Assembly: GCF_006345805.1 (NCBI RefSeq)
Contig: NC_043007.1
Location: forward strand, 32,798,001-32,862,000
DNA length: 64,000 nucleotides
Direction: 5' to 3'
Origin: Octopus sinensis
Taxonomy: Eukaryota
Position 1 is the first letter of the stretch; every line of letters starts with the position of its first letter. The position numbers were made by a program, and so were the translations under genes. The notes beneath the pieces were generated by a model. The model saw nothing but the letters and a program-made list of their open reading frames with translations. It made no database searches and was not told the origin of the DNA. Positions 38,821 to 52,513 of this stretch are shown in pieces.

Positions 38821-39437
38821 CTTACAGGAATTGCTGCTGCTGGGCACTCACATTTCTCTCTCTCTCTCTCTCTCCAGTGGCATGGAAAGGAAAGACAGTC
38901 ATGCATGGGTAACTACTTGTCTTTTTAGAAATCCTTGCTTAAGGGTTTAAAAAAACATCTTCTATTGTCCACTGGTTTCACTCACTGGACTGTGGTCATG
39001 CTGGGGCATTGCTTTGAAGGGTTTAGTCGAATTAATCGACTCAGTACATATTTTTTCTTAAAGTCCGGAACTTATCTTATCAATCTCTTTTGCCGAACTG
39101 TTAAGTTACGGGGACATAAACAAACCAATAGCGGTCATATATATATATATGCGCATGTGTGTGTGTGTGTGTGTGTTTATGTTTGTGTCTGTTTGTCACC
39201 CACCATCGCTTGACAATCGATGCTGGCGTGTTTACGTCCCCGTAACTTTGTGGTTCGGTAAAAAAAGATCGATAGAATAAGTATTAGGCTTACAAACAAT
39301 AAGTCCTGGGGTTGATTTCTTCAACTTAAAACCCCTTTAAGGAGGTGCTCCAGCATGGCTGCAGTCAAATGAGTGAAACAAGTAAGAGAATAAAAGAATA
39401 CACACACACACACATAAAGAAAAAGAAAATGTAGATT

Positions 39438-39727
39438 GGGAAGATAATAATTGCTTGTTATTAACAGCAAATTAATCATCATCCCTTACAGCTGTTTCAA
39501 ATAATACTTAGTAAATATTAAATTTATATGATCTCAGCATGATATCTTCTGCTATAATGAATCTATAAACACTTATAAAACATCTTAGGCTATATTTTTT
39601 CCCTCTGTAGATATTATACTCAGGTCATATAAATTTAATATTTACTCAATATTTACTGAGTATTAATCGAAACAGCTGTAAGGGGATGAGGATTAATTTG
39701 CTGTTAATAACAAACAATTAACTTCCC
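39438..39727. mobile_element. MITE with about 60-bp TIRs
   Basis: gggaagataataattgcttgttattaacagcaaattaatc / gattaatttgctgttaataacaaacaattaacttccc. Confidence 0.75.
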
Positions 39728-40324
39728 ATTCCCCGGTTTCTTTTTCTTCTTTTATATGAATATAAAATATGTCTTTATAAATATAATTATTATTTTGAAG
39801 AAATTAATTCCCTCAAAATACTAGGGATTGAACCAATGTTCCCTTGGATGAAGCCATCCCACCATGGGGTAAACACAACCCCAAATCGAATTCATATACA
39901 TACATACAACCATACATACATACATACACATTCTTGTATTCTTTTATTTGTTTCAGTCATTTGACCGCGGCCATGCTGGATCTCAGCCTTCGTCGAACAA
40001 ATTGACCCCAGGACTTATTCTTTGTAAGCCTAGTACTTACACTATTGCTTTTTTTCCGGAACCGTTACTGGGACGTAAACACGCTAACATCGGTTGTCAA
40101 ATGATGGTAGGGGGTCAAACACAGACACACAAACACATATATATATATATACATATATATATACGACAGGCTTCTTTCAGTTTCCGTCTACCAAATCCAC
40201 TCACAAGGCTTTGGTCGGCCTGGGGCTATAGTAGAAGACACTTACCCAAGCTGCCACGCAGTGGGACTGAACCTGGAGCCATGTTGTTGGTAAGCAAGCT
40301 ACATACCACACAGCCACTCCTACA

Positions 40325-40385
<61 letters not shown>

Positions 40386-40599
40386 TCATCATCATCATCA
40401 TCATTTAGCGTCCGTTTTCCATGCTAGCATGGGTTGGACGGTTCTACTGGGGTCTGTGAAGCCAGAAGGCTTCATCAGGCCCAGTCAAATCTGGCAGTGT
40501 TTCTACGGCTGGATGCCCTTCCTAACGCCAACCACTCCGTGAGTGTAGTGGGTGCTTTTAATGGCTCTACCAATTAATCGGCTGATATACATATTTATA

Positions 40600-40815
40600 T
40601 ATATATACATATAACGGGAAGCTTTATGAAAATAAACAAAGACGAAGGCAGGTGGAATACAATCAAACAATTGTATTAGTATGGCGCTCAGGAATATAAA
40701 TAAAGCAAGTCTTTTACGTTTCGAGCCTACGCTCTTCAACAGAAAGATACACAGAAAAGAAACACGGAGAGAAACAAGGAGAGAAAAAAATGCGTGCAGA
40801 GGCTATCGATTCAAC
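40600..40815 (-). mobile_element. Penelope-like pLTR-derived repeat in TA/CA microsatellite
   Basis: Carries a hammerhead-like motif followed by cctgagcgcca, like the copy at 25020-25215 (cctgagcgtcca). Both copies sit in microsatellites. Confidence 0.5.
40710..40747 (-). ncRNA. Minimal hammerhead-like motif with variant core CUGUUGA
   Basis: Minus strand: UCUUU-CUGUUGA-A-GAGC(gtag)GCUC-GAAA-C-GUA-AAAGA. Stems are perfect, with one core substitution. Confidence 0.6.
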
Positions 40816-40819
40816 ATGG

Positions 40820-40861
<42 letters not shown>

Positions 40862-40939
40862 ATGTGTGTGTGTGTGTGTGTGTGTATGTGTGTATGTATA
40901 TGTATGTATGTCTATATATATATGTGTGTGTATATATAT

Positions 40940-41042
<103 letters not shown>

Positions 41043-41531
41043 ACATATATGTATATATATATGGATTCGTCTAACATGGGAGAGAATTTCAAAAGTACAT
41101 ATGTAATAAAAGACTTTCGGTATGCAACAGCAACCCAAGAGTCTAGAAAGTTGTGACCCAAACTAGGTCATGGTATAATTCTGAATGGGTCGCAAGGTCA
41201 AAGAAATTTACTTTTGCGACATTCTATACAATATAAATATTCTTTAATATGTTGTACACACATTAAGGTTAAGAGATACAGCACAATATTTGCAGAAAGC
41301 AAAGACTGGGAAAATATCAAATGTTAACTTTTATTTAGTTTAAACAAAAAAAAAATTTGTTTTTTATAGGTGCAGGTTTAACTGCATGGTTGAGAAGCTT
41401 GCTTTGCGACCATGTGGTTTTGGGTTCAGTCCCACTGCGTGGCACCTAGGCCAAATGCTTTCTACTTGAAGTCTCGGGTCGTCTCACGACTTGTAAGAGA
41501 ATTTGGTTGACGGAAACTGTGACACTCGTCT

Positions 41532-41845
41532 ATACATACATACATACATAAATACATACATACATACATACATACATACATGCTTACATACATACATAAT
41601 ACATACTTACATACATACATACACACTCACATACATACATACATAACACATACATACATATATACATACATACATACATACATACACACATACATACATA
41701 CATACATATATATATATACATACATATATACATACATACATACATAATACATACATACATATATACATACATACATACATACATACACACATACATACAT
41801 ACATACATACATACATACATACATAATACATACATACATACATAC

Positions 41846-41876
<31 letters not shown>

Positions 41877-42115
41877 CACACATACACACATACATACATA
41901 CATACATACATACTTACATACATACATACATACATACACACACACATACATACATATATACATACTTACATATATACATACATACATACATATATACATA
42001 CATACATATATATACATACATATATACATACATACATATATATACATACATATATACATACATATATACATACATACTTACATACATACATACTTACATA
42101 CATATACATACATAC
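41532..42115. repeat. (TACA)n microsatellite
   Basis: Direct reading. Confidence 0.97.
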
Positions 42116-42595
42116 AGCTGAATGGACTGGAGCAACGTGAAATGAAATGTCTTGCTCAAGGACATAACATGTAGCCGGAAATTGAATGCTATCGATAATA
42201 TCAAGTGGAAATAAGGGGATGCTGCAATTCTGCTTCTCCTGAATAAGACATTCTCTCATCGAACTCCTTCCAGATAAACAAGAGAATCAAAGAACAGGCA
42301 GCAAACAGAAAGGGTTGAACATACCAGCAGGACTTGGGAGGTGTATATTAATGGCCCGTGTCCCACAAAGGCAGAGAAGAACACAAAGCAGCTGTTGTTC
42401 TCTAAATTTGCTTTCAGAGACATTCACATAGTTCAGTGTTATTTGATACATATCAAAATCTTATCTACCCCGTACTACTGTGGCCTCAAAATTGCATTTG
42501 TCCGCCTGCTTCTCTGGTTTCAAGTATTTGTATCCTTATATATATATAAGAATATATATATATATATATATATATAAGAACATATATATATATAT

Positions 42596-42631
<36 letters not shown>

Positions 42632-42749
42632 TGATTTAGTATTTATATATATATATATATATATATTATATTGTGTGAAATTTGATTTAGTATTTCTAAA
42701 TTGAATTTTTTTCCCTGTAAGTATGGATTTATATTCCCTCAAATAATTA

Positions 42750-42821
42750 TATATCTATCTATCTATCATCTATCTATCTATCTATCTACCTACCTATCTA
42801 TCTATCTATCTATCTATCTAC

Positions 42822-42852
<31 letters not shown>

Positions 42853-42904
42853 CCTATCTACCTATCTATCTATCTATCTACCTATCTATCTATCTATCTA
42901 TCTA

Positions 42905-42998
<94 letters not shown>

Positions 42999-43020
42999 CT
43001 CTCTATATATATATATATGT
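42750..43020. repeat. (TCTA)n microsatellite
   Basis: Direct reading. Confidence 0.97.
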
Positions 43021-43331
43021 ATATGTATATAAACCTTCTTCCTTCTGTATATTTTTTTTCTACTTCTCATATTCATTATCTGTCTTCTCAATACATAAAT
43101 TGACATAGAAAGTCACATACACGTACAGACAAACAGACAGGTAGACAGAAATATAAACAGACAGGGTGTTACAAGTCAAGAGGTTGGTGAAAACTACATT
43201 TAACTGAGTACTCAATACAATAACTAGAGTGAGTGTACACTACATTAAACACATACAATAACACACATACACATGTGTGCACATACCCGTGTACATGTAA
43301 ACATATGCATGTGTATACACACATACACATA

Positions 43332-44220
43332 CAGCACCGTGCAAAAGTCTTTGGCCACTTTAAACTATTGTAAATTTCTGTTAATTGCTGACTTATAAGT
43401 AGATGTTTCGCATTGTGTTTTTTACAGATGAAACACTGGCCCTGTTGGAGCCATTTGTATACTTAATCATTATATTTTGTAGTAGGGGTTCTGAATAAGA
43501 GGAGCAGATGCGAGACGACCACCTAAAATGGCTGTGCAAAATTTTTTGGTCACCTCACATAAACCAGTCATGATGCAGTGTTTTAAAACAGAAAAATGTC
43601 GATAATGAACATTTATTACATAATGTTCATTTCAAGACATTACTGTAAATCATTAATATTTCATGTGGCTTCTCTTGGCTTGAATAATTGCTTCCATGTG
43701 CCAAGGAAGAGATGCGTACAAATCCTTCACCATGAGATGCCATTCTCCGAGGCTGAGCTTCCACAACTCTTGAAGATTGCATGGAGTCTTTTGACGAACT
43801 CTTCTCTTTAGTTCTGTCCACATTTGCTCGATGATATTTAAGTCAATGCTACGAGCTGGCCAATCTTTCAATACGGTAACGCTTTCATCAGCCAAACTCT
43901 ATTGTGTTGCACGCGATCTGTGGCATGGAATTCTGTCATACTAGAAAATCTCACTTTCAAACAAGTCTGGTATCAAATTGTCCTTCGGCAACTATTCAAG
44001 TTACCGTCAATTTTAACCAACTTCCTTGAACCATCACTTTTTATGAATCCCCAAAGCATTCTCACCCCCAAACTTCACTGCTTTTGTCTTGTAACGTGGG
44101 TCATATCGCTTTCCCGGAGGCCATCTGACAAATTCTCGCTTATCAGAAAGCATTCTGAATGTGCCACTTAGCGTTTTGTCCAAATTACTAACAAGTCTGC
44201 CCGTTCACTGCCTTCCTCTA
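43332..44220 (-). mobile_element. Tc1-family transposon remnant
   Basis: Decayed DDE region VKFGG..MLWGFI ... LKDWPARSIDLNIIEQMWTELKRRV, and a Tc1-type terminus cagcaccgtgcaaaagt at 43332 after TA. Confidence 0.85.
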
Positions 44221-46304
44221 TTACAATAATAACATCATCATCGTCGTTTAGCGTCCGCTTTCCATGCTAGCATGGGTTGGATGGTTCAACAGGGGTCTGG
44301 GAAGCCAGGAGGCTGCACCAGGTCCAGTCTGATCTGGCAGTGTTTCTATGGCTGGATGCCTTTCCTAACGCCAACCACTCCGTGAGTGTAGTGGGTGCTT
44401 TTTACGTGCCAGATGAGGCTGGCAAACGGCCACGATCGGATGGTGCTTTTTTACGTGCCACCAGCATGGAGGCCAGTCGGGGTGGCGTTTGCAACGGCCA
44501 CATTCGGATGGTTCTCTTACATGCCACCGGCACTGCTATCACAGCTACAATTTCCATTGATGTTGATCGATTTTGATTTTGATTTTGATTTTCACTTGCC
44601 TCAACAGGTCTTCACAAGTAGAGTTTTGTGTCCCAAGAAGGAAACAACAACAACAACAGCGACTGACCTACATAGCATCTAGAATAATTATCAGAGGTAA
44701 TTATCCAGAATATACTGTGACGTAGTTTCTTGTGATCCTGAGATTGCATCAAACCCCTTTGGACATAGAAGCTAAATTAAGGCATTCAAATAAATACTCC
44801 AATCTGCTGAGGCCAAGGAAACTGGTAAAAGCCAACCATTCTTCTTTTAGAACTACAAAGAGTTGTCTTGATTCTCTTTTACTCTTTTACTTGTTTCAGT
44901 CATTTGACTGCAGCCATGCTGGAGCACCGCCTTTAGTCGAGCAAATCGACCCCAGTTCTTATTCTTTGTAAGCCTAGTACTTATTCTATCGGTATCTTTT
45001 GCTGAACTGCTATACAACATAACAAAAAGAATTTAATATATATCTCAAGTAATTAAAAAGTTAATTCCTGCCTGGACTTCAGTCCGGTTTTGCAGCACAT
45101 ATGCACACACTAAGCTTATTGGCAGGCGCCGAATTACCAAAAGAGATCAATAGATAATTGCTTGTGTATTTACAGTCTTCATAATTGAATTAGGTCAACA
45201 GAAAACATGCGGATTTTTCACTATATCAGGTTTGACTGATGAATGTCTTGAAAAAGGGCCAAGGGACCAATTCATTCTTAGTAACCTCGGTGCTGAAAGG
45301 TTAAAACAATAGGCCGAGAACAATTTGGAAAAACATGGATTCGCTTTTGAATCTTAGCTAAGGAATTTTGTAGCTGTTCCTTACAGATTGATATATGCGT
45401 TATTGTATCTATACACAGAATAGAATACTACTTTCTCCATTCCTTAAAAATCAACACGCGCGTGTGTATATGTACCCCGCCCCACAAGCATTCATATATT
45501 CATATACATACGTATTTGTGTGTGAGAATGCGTGTGTACCATGAAAATGTAACTCACATGGTTTGCAGTAAACATTTAAAAAATCAATTTAACTGTTTTA
45601 AATATTTGTATTTTTTTTTTTCTTATACTGCTTGTTTTATATTTGATTGTAAACAAGAAAAAAGCTGTTGGAAAAAAAATAGAGAAAGAAAAGTCTTTTG
45701 TCATAAGAAAACTCGAAATTTTTGTTTATACATTGAATAGATTTATATAATTTTATTTCATGCTTGAAATTATAAACCAAGAGATATAAAGAGGAATTTG
45801 CAAACTTGTCAGGTTTTTAAACAAACGTGGATGTTTTCTTTTTAATTCTGTGTTTGTATTGAACAGTTTTCCCGTTTTAATATTATGTTCCAACTTTGTA
45901 TTTTGCTGTTGCAAACGTTTACAAAAAAGGTAAAAAAAAAAAAAAAAAAGATAAATAAATATATAAAAAAATAAATTCAGGTTTTTCTGTTTGGAATTGC
46001 TTTCCTTCTAATGTTAAAATTTCAGCAGTAATGTTTTAAATAACAATATAATTATATGTTAAACATTAAACTATATGTATTATAGTTAGGTTTAATTTTA
46101 TAGCAAAACGATTTTTAAAAATTCATAACTGGTTGTTAAAATGTCTTCTGCTTAAACTGTCAAATAATAATAACAGCATTGAATATATAAATATATAAGT
46201 TAAGTATTTCTAGAATATGTTTTTCCCCAAAAAGCTTTCCTAAAACTATGAAGCCTTGTTCACAGAGAAAGGAGTATTTTGTAGATGCCGAGAACAAAAT
46301 ATAT

Positions 46305-46339
<35 letters not shown>

Positions 46340-46371
46340 GATGATGATGATAATAATAATAATAATAATAA

Positions 46372-46786
46372 GGATCTTTTCGGTTTGAACGGCAGTTTTT
46401 ACTAGCGGTGTCATATGAAATTGTCACTCATAATTATGACCCTAGTATCGATCTATTGCATTTCAATCTGTTTTAGGGTTAGGGGTGGGGGAAAGGGTAT
46501 CTTTTTTTCTACAGAAATGTAAATAAATCCAATCTGTTTCTTAAACGAGGGACATATTCATACGGCACAGAATACTTTTTAACTCAATAGACGTCACTGA
46601 TTGGTTGAAATTGCAGAAATTGAAGGAAAAAAAAACACAACAAATATCTTACAAACTATAGAATTTTCTCAATAAAGCCTAGAGAAAAATATGTTTTATA
46701 AACACATTCTGCCAGAATACGAAGTTTAAAATTTTTTAGTTACCTAGAAATTATGTTAAAAACTGCCATTGAAACCGAAAAAATCC
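46372..46786 (+). mobile_element. GGATC-terminated MITE (same family as 36268)
   Basis: Same TIR and internal sequence. It is flanked by a long duplication instead of an 8-bp TSD. Confidence 0.85.
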
Positions 46787-46879
46787 TATGTTTTTCCCCA
46801 AAAAGCTTTCCTGAAACTATGAAGACTTGCTCACAGAGAAAGGAATATTTTGTAGATGCCGAGAACAAAATATATTGAA

Positions 46880-47045
46880 AATAATAATAATGATAATAAT
46901 AATAATAATAATAATAATATAATAATAATAATAATAATAAATAATAATAATAATAATAATAAAAAAATAATAATAATAATTAAAAAAATTATAATAATAA
47001 TAATATAATAATAATAATAATAATAATATAATAATAATAATAATA

Positions 47046-47089
<44 letters not shown>

Positions 47090-47443
47090 TAATATTAATA
47101 ATAATATAATATAATAATAATAATAATATTAATAATATAATAATAATAATAATAATAATAATATTAATATAATAATATAATAATAATAATAATAATATAA
47201 TAATAATAATATAATAATAATAATATTAATAATAATAATATAATAATAATAATATTAATAATAATATAATAATAATATATAATAATAATAATATAATAAT
47301 AATAATAATAAAATAATAATAATATAATAATAATAATAATAAATAATAATAATATAATAATAATATAATAATAATAATAAATAATAATAATAATATAATA
47401 ATAATAATAATATAATAATAATAATATAATAATAATAATGATA

Positions 47444-47480
<37 letters not shown>
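46880..47480. repeat. (AAT)n microsatellite, about 600 bp
   Basis: Direct reading. Confidence 0.97.
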
Positions 47481-47481
<1 letters not shown>

Positions 47482-47904
47482 TTCCCCTTATCGACTAATC
47501 GTTTTATTTATTATATTCTTTTTCACCACATTTATGGCTCTAAACATTGTTGACATATACTTAACTGATGTTTATCATATGGATGGAAGTTTGGAATTAT
47601 TTAAGCTCTAAATAAACGGTTGTATATACGTTTCCATAATGCAGAATTATTTAAGCTCTAAATAAACGGTCGTATATACATTTCGGCAATATTATGGTAG
47701 ACTCATGGCGTCAAAATAAAATATAAATATGACCGGAATTACCTCTCGTACTTTATGTGAAACGAAATAGGAAGAAGAAGAAGAAAAATTTTTTGTTGTT
47801 TTTCTTTTACTCGCTTCAGTCATTGGAGTACGACCATGCTAGAGCACCGCCTTGAAAGGCTTTAGTCGAACACATCGATCTCGGTGCTAAATTTTTATCC
47901 CATG

Positions 47905-48325
47905 TAGGCGTAGGAATGGCTGTGTGGTAAGTAGCTTGCTTACGAACCTCATGGTTCCGGGTTCAGTCCCACTGCATGACACCTTGGGCAAGTGTCTTCT
48001 ACTATAGCCTCGGGCCGACCAAAGCCTTGTGAGTGGATTTAGTAGATGGAAACTGAAAGAAGCCCGTCGTGTATATATATATATATTATATATATATATA
48101 TATATGTATCCGTGCGTATGTGTTTGTGTGCCTGCGTTTGTCCCCCAACATCGCTTGACAACCGATGCTGGTGTGTTTGCGTCCCCGTAACTTAGCGGTT
48201 CGGCAATAGAGACCGATAGAATAAGTACTAGGCTTACAAAGAATAAGTCCTGGGGTCGATTTGCTTGACTAAAGGCGGTGCTCCAGCATGGCCCTCAGTC
48301 AAAGGATTGAAACAAGTAAAAGAGT
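47905..48325 (+). mobile_element. SINE family A, full length
   Basis: Same head, body and tail as the 1605 copy. Confidence 0.85.
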
Positions 48326-49309
48326 TAAGAAATGATGTGAATTTAGTGATGGTTTCTTCTAAAAATGCAACTGCCTTTGTCTCGTTGCTGATCAGATTGT
48401 AAAAGTCTTTAGCCAACATCTAACGGGTTTTTAGAAATTGAAAAGTAAATCAAAAACTAACCTAAAGTAATCTCCCTTGTAGATCACACGCCAAAACAGC
48501 ACCCATCTTTTTCACATCACACCTATATTAGGTGTAAGTGTCATACATGGGGACAAAGTTACTGAAACATGGAACTAATAAATGTAGAATGCAATTATGT
48601 ATATCTATAATATAATGATTAAAGAAGTGTGGGACTGTGTCCAGTTTATTCCACACACACACACACACACATGTTATTAAGAAAAAGGCATATTCATCAT
48701 CATCATCATCATCATCGTTTAACGTCCGTTCTCCATGCTAGCATGGGTTGGACGGTTCAACTGGGGTCTGGGAAGCCAGAAGGCTGCACCAGGCCCAGTC
48801 TGATCTGGCAGTGTTTCTACAGCTGGATGCCCTTCCTAACGCCAACCACTCCGTGAGTGTAGTGGGTGCTTTTTACGTGCCACCGGCACGGGGCCAGACG
48901 AGGCTGGCAACGGCCACGATCGGATGGTGCATTTTATGTGCCAGTTGGGGCGGCGCTGGCAACGGCCATGTTCGGATGGTTCTCTTACGTGCCATCGGCA
49001 CTGGTATCACAACTACAATTTCCATTGATGTTGATCGATTTCGATTTCGATTTTGATTTTTGATTTTCACTTGCCTCAACAGGTCTTCACAAAGAAATTA
49101 TAAATGAATATTCAAAAATTTTTTAAAGCTATATGTAGGTGCAGGGGTGGCTGTGTGGTAAGTAGCTTGCTTACCAACCACATGGTTCCGAGTTCAGTCC
49201 CACTGCGTGGCACCTTGGGCAAGTGTCTGCTTCTATAGCCTCGGGCCGACCAAAGCCTTGTGAGTGGATTTTTATTGACGGAAACTGAAAGAAACCTGTT
49301 GTATATATG

Positions 49310-49350
<41 letters not shown>

Positions 49351-49909
49351 TGTGTATCTGTGTTTGTCCCCCCAACATCACTTGACAACCGATGATGGTG
49401 TGTTTAGGTCCCCGTAACTTAACAGTTTGGCAAAAGAGACCGATAGAATAAGTACTAGATAAAGGGCACTATTTTCAGCTAAGTTTGTTATTTTTGTTTA
49501 TTTGCACCTTTCCTCAGCGCCTGGCCTTGCGCATACACCTGCACACATGGTTCATACACACACAAATGCTATCTCTGTCCCATTCATGCACCACACAATT
49601 CATATCTCGCTTGTTTTCCATGCTCAATGCGCCCTTGTAGACACAACTTATCTCTGTAAGACCTTAGGTCGGTCACGCATACATAGAGAAAGTTGTTTGT
49701 CCTTCACAATGCGCCAGGATGCCACACTTTTGTTCCTGCACGATCGAGGCATATAATACCTCATGCACTGGCCGGCAGCCTCAGCCATACTGCATTAATC
49801 ACTAGCATTAGCCTCAGCCTTGCAAGCTCTATTGCACTCATGCACATGCATCTCTATTATGCATCTACTGCCTTATTTTGCAATACGTCTGCATCTCATC
49901 CGCATCTGT

Positions 49910-51125
49910 TCAGAGACCGGATTAAGTTACTGATTCAGAGGGCATTAACCGGATCTGCTATTAATAACAAATGGTGGTATGCCCTCAAGCGAGCCATTAA
50001 ATTTGAGTCTATTACATATAGCACAAATTTATTGGCTAGAGAGATTAGGAAGTGATTAGGATTTGCTAAGGACTTAGGGGAAGCAATGGAATCTGGCTCC
50101 GCAGCTCAGGTTACGGCTAAGAGAGTGGCGTTAAACCAGCACCTCGAAGCCCAACATATGGGTTGCATTGTCAGAGCTAGGATTCGTGCATTGGGTTGTG
50201 AAGGAAACAAGGCCGCAGGATGGGCCCGACTGGTGGAAGCCCAACGTGGAAACGATGGCACAATTCGATCTTTGACGAACCAACGAGGTAAGTTGATAAA
50301 CAAGCCTGAGAAGATGTGTGAGGTCTTTCAGGAGCACTTCACCTAGCTTTTCGGGGTAGGGGAAGCGGACCGAACAGTAAGAGGAATCTAATGGACTTCC
50401 TCGCCAGGCTGCCATGCCTTTCGGAGCAGGGCGCGGAGTGTTGGGAAGGGCCAATCACGCCTGAGGAAGTAATTGAAGCTATAGCGGACTGCAGTGTGCA
50501 TAAGGCGCCATGACTGGATGGTCTACCCTATGAACTGTATAAGACTATGCCAGACTTGTTCGGGCACCTGCTGGCGAATATCTACACGAACTGGCAGCAG
50601 AATGGGTTCATTCCTATATCTGTGCACCGAGGAGGGGGTGACACTTGTCAAAAAGGACCTGAACTCTGCTAAACACAGAGGTGAAAATTTTGGCCAAAGT
50701 GTTATCGAAAAGATTGGCGCGTGTTGCGGATGGCTTGATCGGGAAGGCACAGACATGTGCCATTCCCGGTAGAAGCATCCAGGATAATCTCCATCTTATA
50801 CGGTACACTGAAGAGGGATTTAATAACGATTCTGGCAAGGGAGGGGCAGTGGTCCATTTAGACCAATCAAAGGCTTTTGACAGGGTCGACCATCATTTTC
50901 TGGTGTCCGTTCTGGCGCGGTTCGGCCTGAGTCTTGGCTTCCTCAGGTGGTTCATTGAAATTTATCACAACATCGACTCGGTAGTTCGGGTGAACGGCCT
51001 TTTATCTACGCCGTTCAGCATCAAACGCTCGGTTCGTCAAGGGAGTCCGCTCTCCCCTCTTTTGTATGTAATGGCTCTTGAGCCCTTGCTGCGAAAATTG
51101 AGCGACATCCCGAGACATCCCGCAA
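49910..51125 (+). mobile_element. Tx1/L1-clade LINE ORF2 remnant (linker plus RT domains), frameshifted
   Basis: KILAKVLSKRL...QTCAIPGRSIQDN...LDQSKAFDRVDH...SVRQGSPLSPLLYVMALEPL, with upstream HMGCIVRAR and DGLPYELY-like segments. Stops and frameshifts are present. Confidence 0.9.
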
Positions 51126-52236
51126 AATAATAGTCACACTGCTACACTTTTATATACACGTTACAAATTGGTTCTGTAACAAAACAATCGTTAATCGGAA
51201 GGATCACCAATAAAACAACCCCGAAACAATAATAATAATGACAAAATATTTCAAGGAAGTTATAAAAATGAACTAAAAAATATTTAACTTAAGAAAAGAT
51301 TAAATTAACTACAATAAATGACTCGTAAATATATACGTATTCGTTCCGCTCAATCAGAATATCCAAGTCTATTTTTGTATCTCTCCCTCATCCAATTATT
51401 TTGATTTCACGCAGACACGTATTTAAAACAAAAGAATCTTTCCCTCCCCAATCAAGGCATAACTTGGTTACTTGATTGCATGTCTGCTATTTACCGAGGG
51501 GGTTTTGGCTGTTATGAGAAACCACGTACACGGTACTACAGGTTGATAAGGTAAGCAAAAATGCGGAGTCGCTTTGGTGAAAAACGAAACACTCTAGGAG
51601 CGAAACTGTGCAAAACTATATAATTGCATTTATATTTTCAAATATAAAATTATTATATATTAAAAAAAGGTCACTAAAACCCGCTACTATATCTTGAAAA
51701 TAATGTTAAATTCCAAGCTATCCGTAAGATGTTTTATAAACACATTCTACCAGTATACGAAGTTTAAAAGTGTTTAGTTACAAAGAAATTATTTAAAAAA
51801 TCTGCCGGTCAAAGTGAAAAGATCGGATCCTCTGTAAGGAGTACTATTCTAAAAATAGCTAGGCCTAGTCGAAAATAAATTGGTACTCCTGGATTTGAGA
51901 GAGATTGGACTGCTATTTCTAGCAGGTCTGATAACATCGGAACTTCTTCGATAGGACGGAAATACGAAATCTCGCTACGCAGAGAAAAAAAAAAACGATA
52001 AATATTAATCTAATTTAAAAACAAAGAAAAGAAGAAAGGAATACATAACAAAATAAAAATCCAATCTAAAACCAAAATATATCTCATCGAAATTTTTACC
52101 CATTTAAAAAATAATGTTTAATTTTGTCTTTCTCTCTCGAACCAACGAGATTTCCACGTTTTCTGTTTTCCGTTTCCCCGTCTCTGTTTATCTATGTCTT
52201 TCCTAAAAGAGCATCTCGATGGACGGTGGTTCTTAC

Positions 52237-52313
52237 CATTCCTAGCTCCTCGCAGCAAGCAGCCCGATCCGTCTCAAATCCTATCCTAATTCCATTTCCG
52301 TATTATCTCCATG
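52237..52313 (-). other. Candidate 77-nt upstream exon on the ZIP9 strand ending in ATG|gtaaga
   Basis: Acceptor ctatatttctactgtcag| and donor ATG|gtaaga. All three frames contain stops before the terminal ATG, so it is UTR-like. Confidence 0.4.
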
Positions 52314-52395
52314 CTGACAGTAGAAATATAGTGGAGATAATTCCTAAGCAATTAGCAAGTGCGCCGAGGACGACCCCCCCCCGTCCCGGTGGAAG

Positions 52396-52458
52396 ATGGC
52401 AGGACATCCCCGCATCAGCGACAAATATCATTATCTTAATCCAAACTTAAAAACCAAT
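52396..52458 (+). CDS. Candidate ERH exon 1 with N-terminal extension (MAGHPRISDKYHYLNPNLKTN)
   Basis: ggaagATGG strong Kozak context, 21 open codons, then a phase-0 donor AAT|gtaagc that is in frame with ERH exon 2. Lies in a CpG-rich region. No homology support. Confidence 0.4.
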
Positions 52459-52513
52459 GTAAGCTCACAACATTTTGTACTATGACGTTTTCATACACAT
52501 GTGTATATATATA

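Noticed and set aside
42180-42420. Two-exon minus-strand mini-ORF (...QVLL|EFDERMSYSGEAELQHPLIST)
   Set aside because: The intron would be very short, the first acceptor is poor, and there is no homology.
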